Shown here: positions 50,295 through 64,000 of the stretch, piece after piece
Layout of the letters: each line of letters begins with the position of its first letter
Numbering within the stretch: position 1 is the first letter of the stretch
Assembly (NCBI GenBank): GCA_002269645.1
Contig: NIVC01002332.1
Span: 1-64,000 of the forward strand
Direction: 5' to 3'
Source: Macrostomum lignano
Taxonomy: Eukaryota
DNA length: 64,000 bases
Position numbers and translations under genes: made by a program
Notes under the pieces: generated by a model
The model's input: only the letters and a program-made list of their open reading frames with translations
Database searches by the model: none
What the model was told of the DNA's origin: nothing

Positions 50295-51182
50295 AAAACC
50301 AATTGGCGAAACCATCGATCGTGCTGCCCATGGACCCTTGGCGCAAGGGTGGACACTTTCAAATGTTGCTGAGTGTATTTGTGACGTTAAATGCGAACCC
50401 TCTAATGAACCTTTTAAACATGATGCAAGAATCGATAACATCTTACTGTTTGCTCAATATACAACCTAGTTTCTGCCTTGTGTAATTTTGTCTATGGCCA
50501 TAGACTACCATAGGCTATGACTAGAATGCGCGCTCTTTCAACTAGACTACAAATGCTATAAAAACTTATACGAGTAGAGCATGATGCAACTCTCACAGTG
50601 CCCGCAATTTAAGTCTAAACATCTAAGTCTAGTTGTGTTCTTTAATTTTTCCTTTTTTGTCTATGACCCTGACCTGGCCTTAGTAGTGCCATAAATTCTA
50701 TGAGAGTTGCATCCCAAAAGCCAAACTACTCAATGAGAAACTGGAGACTTAAAGCACTTCATTAAATACACTAAAAATCTAATCTTTACCTAATAACAAT
50801 TATTAAAAAAATAAAACAGGGTAACATCAATTACAAAATGAACATTCATAATTACTATTACAATTTATTATTAATAATACAATCAGACAGTAAATTCAAG
50901 TGAAATATGCAAATAAACACGCTTGAAATTAAAGTAGCAAAGTTGGATTAATCATACATGAACTTATTGTGAATAATTTTTTGAACAATTAATGAACACA
51001 GTGTTAAATGACTAACGCATAACAAAGATTAGTCTACCTAAATGAACAAGTTCAGGATAAGTAGATAAATGCAACACTATATGGATCTTAAGTATGCCAT
51101 AAAACTCAAGCAATCGAGGGTCTGACTCTCCACCATGAACCCAGCTAGTTCAGACTATTCTACAGGCAATTTTTACTTACTT

Positions 51183-51389
51183 GCGCATCTGAAGGCTGCG
51201 TACGGCTGTTCAGTCCAAGGACTGGGGTTGCCACACACATCCTCAACTACCCCAGCTAATGCTGGCACCCATTTTACAGCTATGTAGAGTTAAGTGTCTT
51301 GCTCATGAACACAGATTTTTTCAAGTGGGTCGACAATCGAACCCCTGACCTTTAAGTTGTGAGTCCGACGCTCTAACCACTAGGCTACA
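51183..51389 (-). mobile_element. tRNA-derived SINE
   Basis: Minus strand reads TGTAGCCTAGTGGTTAGAGCG (A box)...GGGGTTCGATT (B box), then a conserved-type core TGTGTTCATGAGCAAGACACTTAAC...GTAAAATGGGTGCCAGC. Flanked by the direct repeat ACTTACTT (51175-51182 and 51390-51397). Confidence 0.8.
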
Positions 51390-51616
51390 ACTTACTTAAC
51401 CTGATTTTAACCTGGTGCAAGGCACTCGGCAACATCATCCACTCTGTTCATTCCGTTGACAGCGGCCCTGCCTTCTAATTTTCACGCATGTATACTCTGT
51501 GCCATAAAGACCGCGTCGAACCAACCGAAAGTCAGACAAGTTTACCATTAAGCTGCTCTGCTCACCAAAGCCAGACAATTTCAAGTAGACAATTCGTACA
51601 AATAGAAGAAATCGCT

Positions 51617-55009
<3,393 letters not shown>

Positions 55010-55059
55010 GCTTGTAGCTATCATGATATAATTAAACGAAATATTTAGCTGAAAACTAG

Positions 55060-56110
55060 CAATCTACGCCCCCCGTTGGGGAGCCAAAGAAATGCAATAC
55101 ACGTTTTTTTAATAAGCTACATGTATCCTTGAAATCTTAAAAAATCTCCTGTCAAACCTTGTAAGCCTTGACATGTCAGTAATTCCCCCCCCGACAAGCT
55201 TTAACATACCAACTTCCCCCCATTGACATCTCAGCAATGCCCCCAATAAGCCTTGGGAATCTAAAAATATCTGTCAACCTTCTAACCCTAACCCTAGCCT
55301 AACCCTAACCCTAACCTAACCCTAAAGCATTGAAATTTCAGTAATTCTCTAAGAGTCATAATAGCGCTACTACAGCATTATAGCGATTCCCTGCAAGCCT
55401 CGACATCGTAGGGATTCCCAAATGAATCTCCTAACTTCGACATGAAGCTTCTTTTATTTTTTACATTACGCTTTTTTATCAGCGATCCCTCCCCTGAGGA
55501 GGCATTAAATAATGTAATAAAAAGTTTTCAATAAACTACATGTAGCTTCTGACTTTAGCCTTGAAATCTCATTTATACCCCCGTGAGCCTTGACATCTCA
55601 GCTATTCCCCCCGTAAGCCTTGACATGTCAGCAATGGCCCCCAGAAACCTTGAAATCTAAAAAATCCTCTGTTAACCTTGAAACCCAATAAAATATAACC
55701 CTCAACCCAAACCTGACCTAAACCTAACTTTAACCCAACCTAAAGCCTTGAAATCTCAGCAATTCTTCTCCCCTAAGCCTTGACATTTTAGTGATTCCTT
55801 CTTTAAGAATCACAGCACTATAACAATTTCCACCAAGCTTTGACATTGTAGCAATTCCCAAATGAATCTTTTAACTTCGACATGACTTTTCTTTTATGTA
55901 TATATAGTGCTACTTTTATTTTTTACAAGACTCTTTTTCTATCAGCGCCCCCCCGTGGCGAGCCAACAAAGAATGCAATAAAAAATTGAGTAAAGTACAT
56001 GAACTTTGAAGTAGCTTCTGACTATTGCTTTGACATCTCAGAAACCCCCCCCCCATAATCTCAGTTATTCTCTGAGAGCCTTTACGTCTCAGTTTTTCTC
56101 CCCAGCACAG
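55060..56110. repeat. degenerate ~430-bp tandem duplication with AAGCCTTGACAT subrepeats and short (CCCTAA)-like tracts
   Basis: Blocks restart near 55066, 55480 and 55940 (CAGCG.CCCCC..G.G.AG...AATGCAATA). CTAACCCTAACC tract at 55282-55324 and a decayed counterpart at 55697-55741. Confidence 0.7.
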
Positions 56111-56214
56111 CATTATAGCTGCATTTAATTTTTACATGACACCCTTCATGTCTGACATGATGTTTCTTTTATTCTACCATGATGCTTTTTAATTTTTTAA
56201 ATGACACTTTCATT

Positions 56215-56810
56215 AGTTTTTAAATGAGGCTTCTATGATTTTTTCTTGATGCTTCTATGATTGTTTACATGACGCTTCTATGATTTTTATATGACGCTTC
56301 TATGATTGTTTACATGACGCTTCTATGATTTTTATATGACGCTTCTATGATTGTTTACATGACGCTTCCATGATTGTTTACATGACGCTTCTGTGATTTT
56401 TTACATGACGCTTCTATGATTGTTTACATGACGCTTCTATGATGTTTTATATGACGCTTCTATGATTTTTATATGACGCTTCTATGATTTTTTAAATGAT
56501 GCTTCCATGATTGTTTACATGACACTTCTATGATATTTTATATGACACTTCTATGATTTTTATATGACGCTTCTATGATTTTTTTAAATGACGCTTCCAT
56601 GATTGTTTACATGACGCTTCTATGATTTTTTACATGACACTTCTATGATTGTTTACATGACGCTTCTATGATATTTTATATGACACTTCTATGATTTTTA
56701 TATGACGCTTCTATGATTTTTTACATGACGCTTCTATGATTGTTTATATGACGCTTCTATAATTTTTAAAATGACGCTTCTATGATTTTTACATGACGCT
56801 TCTTTTTAAA
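56215..56810. repeat. 22-23-bp minisatellite (ATGACGCTTCTATGATT[G/T]TTTAC)
   Basis: About 25 units. Confidence 0.95.
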
Positions 56811-57314
56811 AAGTCTTTTAGTTTTATTGACATTGAAAAGCTTTAATTAAAAAAAATTATACTCTATGAAAATTCGAACCATCATCGCTGCTTTAGCAGT
56901 TCAGTTTGTTCACCTCTAGGCTAGCTCTCATCGTTTTGATAACATCTAATTTTGCACTTATATAATTCAACACTTTAAAATCCAAGCATAGAGTAAATCA
57001 CACGAAGCAGTTATGACATAATCAGTTTCTCAGTCAGTCAGTATCAGTTAACAATATGGTTACGCAATTTAAATCAAGTCTGGTGCTACGCTTCCACACT
57101 GCATTTTCAATAGTGTGATGCAATTCAAGTTGGAGTTACAATTCAGTTATGATGCAATCTATTTCAGAATCAGAATTCAACCAGTCAGTTTTTTTCTCTA
57201 GCATTCTTACAATGCATTTCAAGTCAAAAAGTTTTCTTGACCTTTGCAAAAAAGCATGTTTTTTGAATATTTAATTCCTTTAGCATCGAGCAATTTCTTA
57301 GCCAAGACACATGT

Positions 57315-57433
57315 ACCGTCACAGGAAAATTTCTGATTGAACAGTGCAAGTCTCATGAAAATTGGTTAAGCCATTCAGGAGAAAATCGATTTCGTACAAA
57401 CATACAAGCAAGATTTTTATATAATATACTAGA
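57315..57433 (-). mobile_element. probable 5' end of a non-autonomous Helitron-like element
   Basis: Minus strand reads TCTAGTATATTATATAAAAATCTTGCTTGTATGTTTGTACG...GGCTTAACCAATTTTCATGAGACTTG. This resembles Lep1-type Helitron 5' ends (TC start, TATA run, TTTG repeats, AACCGATTTT motif). The 3' end was not identified. Confidence 0.4.
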
Positions 57434-59289
57434 ATGAGTCACATTCCTCTGTTGGAGAATCTATAGAAATTGATATTAATGTTGAACACTAGAACCGAGA
57501 AAAAACTGCAGTCTAACAATTTCATTGTGGTTGAACTGCAATCTATAAATTTCCTTTTAGTGAAACTAAAGTCTATGAAATCATTTTATATTGTAATGAC
57601 ACAAAAAACTATTAAAACTTTTTTATTAATGAGACTGAAAACAATCAAAACCCATTTTGTGAAAAAGAAATCCATCAAAATCCTTTCAATTAAATAGATA
57701 TAGATCTATTAAAATCATCTGATTAAATTAGTATATATAATAAATATATTTAAATTATAGAAATAGACATTTATTAAAATAAACTCTCTATGAAAAAAGA
57801 AATGTATATTTTTTTAATAAAACTAAATTCGATTAAAATCTGCTATATTAAACTTTTATCTATCAATATCATCTCTTTCAAACTATAATTTATCAATTTA
57901 ATCAATATCTCTATAAATAAATTATAGTCAACTAAGACTTTTGTTGATATCTATAATTTAAAAGCTGTCTACTTGTCTAGTATAAAATATTCAAGGTAAA
58001 GGCATTAGTGGCTAGGGTTATTAGGTTTTAGTATTCCTATGTCTTATAACTTATGGCCTATAACTTATAAGATGATAAGGGAAAGGTAAACAGCTTAGGC
58101 AAGTCAATTTTAGTTAATTTTAATTTTATTATCTATTTATTAACACTAGATAAATAGTGTAGTATAAAATTACTTAGGCCTACTAGCTAATAAAACAAAT
58201 TGATAATAGTTACTCTTGATATTTAGGCCTACCTATTTATTTGCCTCCCAGATAGGCAATGGCAATGTTCAATGAGCAAAGATGTCAATAAAATACAATA
58301 TGTCATTTATCATGCTTAGCTTAGGGCATTTGGTGCACAAAGTTTGTGATATGGTATATATCAATGGATATATTGATAAGAGAGTTGAGATCTCTTAAAT
58401 TCACCAAGGAGTCTTTAACTATATATTTAAAAAAGCCTTTTATTAGGTTTTAGTCATATTACTACTACTAGCTTTAGGCCTTTAGCTTTACTAGCATACT
58501 ACTAGGCCTTACCATTTTTTATTTGAAAGTACAAAATAGACAGAAAAGCCAACTATCTAGGAGCTAAAAGTTAGGACATTCTTAAGGATTCAGGAGTTTG
58601 GCCTAGGGGCCTAAGAGTATTCTATACAATATTACGACTATAGGCCTAGCATAATAACATGGAATTGGCCCTAGATGATTGATTAAATTAAGAAAGCAAA
58701 ATAGAGCAAAGTAAAGCAAGCAAAGGAAATGCATGCTTCTAAGTATGTTTAAACCAAAAATCTACAATATTAATAAGTATAGACCTAAGCCTATATAAAC
58801 TCGGCCTAATGAATGATTAGCAATGTTGCAGTTTGTTTCACAAAATTATTTTTACTTTTGAATATGTACCAACATCATGAACAATCAAACAAGTGAATAT
58901 TAATAGGACTATAACATTGCTCCTCATACATGCGCAATCTCCAAAATTTGGTCAGCTATGCGACTTAGTTTTAACAAAAATGCGGCGTAGTTTTTGGCCA
59001 AAAATGCGACTTACATGTAATAAAAACCATAAAGCAAAATTAACACAACTTTGGATAAATGGCAGGAGTAACTATGACTGTCTTATTAGGTAAAAATGCC
59101 TCATCAACTACTTAGTAGTACTACTTTGGTATTTTTTCGGGTGGGCATTTTTGTGACTTCCTTGATTGGCTGCCAAATTGGTTGGCCAGATCGGCCGACT
59201 TGGCTGATTGTTGCACATGTATATTACTCCTTAGTCACTGAATCTTCAAAAGTCGCTTAAAACAAGTCTCAAAACTCAAATCCTCACAG

Positions 59290-59390
59290 GTGCCACATTG
59301 TTGACAGGTCACTTGATTGGCCAGCAGGTGGAACTTAGCTAGCCAACAAATCATTGATACTATGTCGCGAGTCACATTATACAGATACAT
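59290..59390 (-). pseudogene. possible Merlin/IS1595-like transposase N-terminal fragment
   Basis: MYLYNVTRDIVSMICWLAKFHLLANQVTCQQCG resembles the helix-WL-xxx-LL-xx-CxxCG zinc-ribbon N-terminus of ISXO2-like transposases (recalled pattern only). No DDE domain was found. Confidence 0.3.
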
Positions 59391-61392
59391 ATAGCGCAAA
59401 GGGAATAAGACATCCATCAGATCCAGCAGGCTGCAGCTTGGCAGCAGGCACAACCTCAGTAGGTGGTTTTATAAATGATTGTGCAGCTGGACATCCTGCC
59501 ATGACTTACAAAATATTGTATATCTTAAGCAATTCTAGCTTGAGAAACCCCTCACTAAAACTTGCCCAAAGGTGTCTATCTATGGCCTTTTAGGATGATG
59601 TGGTATGACAAGTCAGCACGAATTTAAACCCTCCATGACACATTGGTGCATATTCAAAAGTAAAAATAATTATGCAAAACAAACTGCAACATTGCCAAAA
59701 GGTCATTAAGTTAGACTGTTAGAGGGGCCATGGAAGATATAATATATTAAAATTAAATGATATAGCCTATAGTATAGGTCTAATGTACATCCCTGGTTAA
59801 AAAAACTATTTTAATAACTATAAAACTATAAAACTATAAACCATAGCTTTCTTAGGCCCCTATTCTAATTATAGGCCTAGGGCCCTAGGCATTAATAAAT
59901 AGCAAGAATAGGCCTAGGGCTAGGCCTGTTTTTAATTATGTAACAATTATGAATTATTAATCAAAATTTGTGTGCAGCTTGTGGTGGGGCTAACTAGCCT
60001 AATAGTCTAGCTAGTAACTTTACTGTAGGCCTAACTAAAATAATATATATGTATTTTTTAAATATAGGCCAAGCTACAGCCAAGCCCAGCCCATTGCCCA
60101 GAGATGTCATAAGACAAGACATAACATCAAGGCCCAGCTGGCAAGCCACATAGCCATAGGTGTCAATTATCAAATATAAGCTTAAGTTCAAGAGAACCTG
60201 TTCAAAAGTTTTTGATCATAATGATTCTTTATATCAAAATAGAATAGAATAATCTAGGCTGTAATATAATATAAGGTCGAGCCAAAAGCTTCCGCGGTGG
60301 ACAGATGATTTGTTAGAAAGGTGTTTAAAACCGTATTCTGCTCTGGTAAAAGTATTTTTAAAAAAAGCAATAAATATTCTAATTTTTTGAAAGAAATTCA
60401 ATTTCAACTTTAATTTATTGTCTTTTATAGACAGTTTCTCAATTTTTTTGTTCTAATAACCACTAAAAAGTTTTGGTTTAAAATGACTTACCTTTTCATT
60501 TTCGCGCAACAGATATGAAACATCTCGGACTTTTAGGTTTACGATGTAGTTTGGCATGCGCAAAAATGATAAATTCTTTACGAGTTGCTACAATTTTTGT
60601 TACAGCTGAGCGTAGTTAAAATATCAGTTTGCAGCTGTTGAATAAGAACTCACTTGTCGCCCATTATCCTGCATATATTTTGGACTTTTGGTCTGGACCT
60701 GGAGTCCTGGACTAAAACTAAAAGGCTAAAAGCCAAATAAATAGTGGTAGGCATATATTTAACGGGTACCAGTCATTTCGCCGAAATGATCGTAACCCTT
60801 TATAACCACGGTATATACGTAGCCGATAAATCTTTTAAATTTTAAAATGCAAAACAAAGATAGGAGCTTTATGACAAATGTCATAAATGTTAGAAAGATA
60901 AAAATTCTGAAATAAAACCGTTTTAAAGAGGGTTCCCTTGGCTTCACTGCTCTTTAAAATATACTATTTTGTGTTTAATCTAGGCCTAATATGAATAACT
61001 ATTTTTTAAGCCCAAGGCCTTAGGCCTAGGGGCCTACTAGGTTGAATATATATTCAATTTGATATAGAGCCTAGGCCAGGGTATAAGACCAAGATGGCCA
61101 CAACATTATCATTAATTAGCAACATAATTAGCTATTTTCATATTTATAATAAATATTTTTTAATTAATCATATTCATAAATACCAATACAATAATAAATT
61201 TAATAGAAACTAATTAAATTAATCCAATATACTAAAAATGGTCTGTCTGTGTCTATGATTACCTATAATACAAAAATGAAAAACTTTAATAATCTTTTTT
61301 AGTGTTTGTGCCAATTTATTTTCTATCATTACATCTATCAAATCTTATTACTATCAGTTTATCAAAAAAAACATTTTAGTGGTAATGCTAGC

Positions 61393-61778
61393 TAGAGCCA
61401 AGGTCGGATGGGATCCCGAAGAAAATTGAATTCCCGCGGGACTAGAATCCCGACCCTAAAAAACTTGAGATTTGGGAACAGGTCTTTTGATTAAAAATTT
61501 ATAGAATTAGTGATTACTTGAAGGTATTTTGCTTTAACTTATACTCGTTATATTATTTACTTTGTTGGTTATAAAACTTCATAGGCTATCAATTTCGTTG
61601 TGTTTTACTTCTTGATCTTGACAATCTTTTCTCAATTTTGTTTAACTTTACATGGATGATACACTAAAAGACCTGATCTGATCCCGATTCTCAAATCCTG
61701 ATCTCGATCCCGATTCCAAGAAAAAAATTATTCCTGATCCCAATCCCGCCCAAAGATTTCAATCCTGTCCGACCTCTA
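61393..61778. mobile_element. ~390-bp MITE with ATCCCG subrepeats (hAT-like TAGAG terminus)
   Basis: Left TAGAGCCAAGGTCGGATGGGAT and right ATCCTGTCCGACCTCTA. Internal AAAAGACCTG / CAGGTCTTTT pair. Confidence 0.65.
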
Positions 61779-64000
61779 AATTGCTAGCTAGCTATATGAA
61801 AAATTAAGCTAAATATGCCATAAGGTATTTATTTTGTGATTGCCTTATTTAGTGCCTTTTATATTGCCTTATGCATTCTGTACTTGCCTTATGTAGTCGA
61901 TAAATATCTATAAACCCCTAGGTCAGGCTATAATAAAACTAAAAGCTAAGGCCAAAGGGAATAAATAATAATATAATAAAATTTTATTACAATGTCTATT
62001 TCCCTAATTACTAGCTTACCAAATAAGTGAAATATGTAGACCTAGCCTTATTATTGTCTATTTAAACATTTAGAGCTGTGGCCATCTTGGTCATATGCTG
62101 GTCCTAGGCCTATTTAAAAAATTGTAGTTCAAGCATTACTTATTATTCTTATACAATAGCCCTCCCCCTATGCCTATGCCACTATGGTCCCATCTCATGG
62201 CTATCTACACTCTAGATCATGTACTCATAAACATGGCTCATAATATATATGCCTAAAAAATTGGGAGTGCATTAGCCTTGTATACTAAAAGTTAGGGGCT
62301 TAGGTGTGCATATTTGGTATACATGGCTCCTAAAAATTAGTATGCATTCATACTTGATATGCTTTTTATAAATAATAGAATCACTCCAAAAAAGTTAGTG
62401 TTAAAATGTTAAATGGAAAAATATTGAAAAATTCATTTTTAAGTATAAATTTTAAGCTTTGTTTTTGGCTTTAAACTAATAATAAAATATTTAAACAAAT
62501 GTTTAAATAATATACTGAATAAAAAATAGTAGGCAAAAAATATAAATAAAATAATCATGCAAATTATCTGCTATAAAGGTCTTATATATGAAACAAAAAG
62601 GCCATTTATTGTTTTAATATAATAAAGGTCATTTATTGCAAATTCTAGCCTAGCTTTTAGATTGCAATTATGCAAGCTAGCAATGTTTCAATCCCTATTG
62701 GAATTTTTGCACAAACTGCTCGGACACGCTCCAAGAAGCGACAGCCTTCAGCTTTAAAGTGCATCAAGGCCAAAAATTTAGCCCTTTAAGTGCGCCAAGC
62801 TGCTTCGCATCGTGCTGCATAGATATTTTCTTGTTGCGTTGCACCATGCTACGCTGCACTGCGCCGTGTCACGCCACCGCGCTGCACCTCACGCGCAACC
62901 TCCCACGCTATGCCGCGCTGTGCTGCAACCTGGCCACAGCTGTGCTGCGCCAACCTGAAATTTAGAATAAAAAATGCGCTGGACACATGTCCAGGAAAAT
63001 GTCACTTTTTCCATTAGGGGTTTCAATGAATGAATCATAAGTTGTGCAATAATAGTGGGGGTACTTTGTGTTGCTAAGCTGTTGCTATGCATGGTTAGTC
63101 TAGACCAGTCAAGGCATTCATTAGGCCTAAGTTCTAACAATGATGTGTGACGCAATATGATATGTGTAAAGATGCGTGGGGCTAAACTTGCAGAAAAAGA
63201 ACAAAAGAGCACAGCTTCATGCTTCATGCTTTACTTCCCATTGAATTTCTCTCTCGAAGCTGAAAATGAAAAAATAATTTAATGAACAATAGGCCTACTT
63301 CAATTATGCCTAATGTACCTAGCATGATCTGGACTATGGATAGCCATGGCAATAGTAAAAATATTATCTATATTTCATTATATAATTCCTATGTTTCGGA
63401 AGGTTACATGTACATTGTAAATTTCTAACATACCAGTTAGAAGCCAAACAAATACTTGGAGTACTTTACATGTTGAGTAAATGAGTTGAGTTGAGGTTTC
63501 AACTACTTGACAGTCAAGAAATTTTAATCAAGTCAAGTCAAGAAGTTGAATACTTTTAATGGGTCTATATATATAGATAATATGGGATAAATACGCCTAT
63601 GCCCTTCAATAAGGAAATATTAGTATGGCAATGAAGTTGCAACATGGCATTTTCCTTTTTAAATTTTGTATTAATTGTATTGATTGCATATGTCTTACAA
63701 CTTATATTGTCTAATACTAATAATTAAATAATAAATATAACATTAATTGAGCTCTATAAAAATCAACTTACATTGCCAGTTCAATGTTACTGCCTGGCAA
63801 CTGCTATTGCCTTTGGCTTTGTCATAGCCATAAAGCTACTGACTTAGCCACTGAATTGCACTTGACCATTGTGATCAAGTCTATATCTGCATACTAGATT
63901 TTATTAAAGCTCTATCTAATTTAATGAGATAAATAGCTAGTTATTTTATTAGCTCTTAATTTTGATTAATTTTTCATTTTATCATCTTTTCTATAATTGT

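Noticed and set aside
51310-51389. tRNA gene
   Set aside because: A and B boxes are present, but I could not fold a complete cloverleaf with acceptor stem. The sequence continues into a SINE-type core and is flanked by a direct repeat.
55282-55324. True telomere or chromosome fusion site
   Set aside because: Only ~40 bp of imperfect CCCTAA, embedded in a duplicated repeat unit, with no head-to-head arrays.
62745-63262. MITE bounded by TTCAGCTTT...AAGCTGAA
   Set aside because: The terminal match is only ~8 bp with weak internal symmetry and no TSD, so it cannot be supported.

Overview
Eukaryotic (invertebrate) genomic DNA with no prokaryotic features. The style of the proteins, the repeat load and a recognisable RTE-family relic suggest a free-living flatworm such as Macrostomum; this is inference, not established. 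Six protein-coding genes could be reconstructed by hand with consistent splice phases. (1) An intronless, divergent nicotinic-type Cys-loop receptor subunit (9138-10439, minus). (2) A 3-exon neuromedin-U/PRXamide-type GPCR (18004-22715, plus). (3-6) A co-oriented minus-strand run GTF2E2 > RAB3 > TRMT11 > CABLES (55009 down to 27253). Each of these four genes has a 3' splice acceptor just ahead of its first coding exon, and the CABLES first exon has no in-frame ATG, so the run may be a trans-spliced operon with a spliced-leader-donated start codon. The most striking non-coding structure is a 3.1-kb TTAA-flanked foldback element (13609-16705) whose arms are built from 151-bp tandem subunits, with a 668-bp miniature of the same element beside it. 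The rest is about 25 unrelated mini/microsatellites (nearly one private family per large intron), several MITEs, a tRNA-derived SINE, and RTE, Tc1, Helitron-like and possible Merlin-like relics. Most ORFs in the supplied track are tandem-repeat artefacts. All coordinates were counted by hand and may be off by a few bases at repeat edges.
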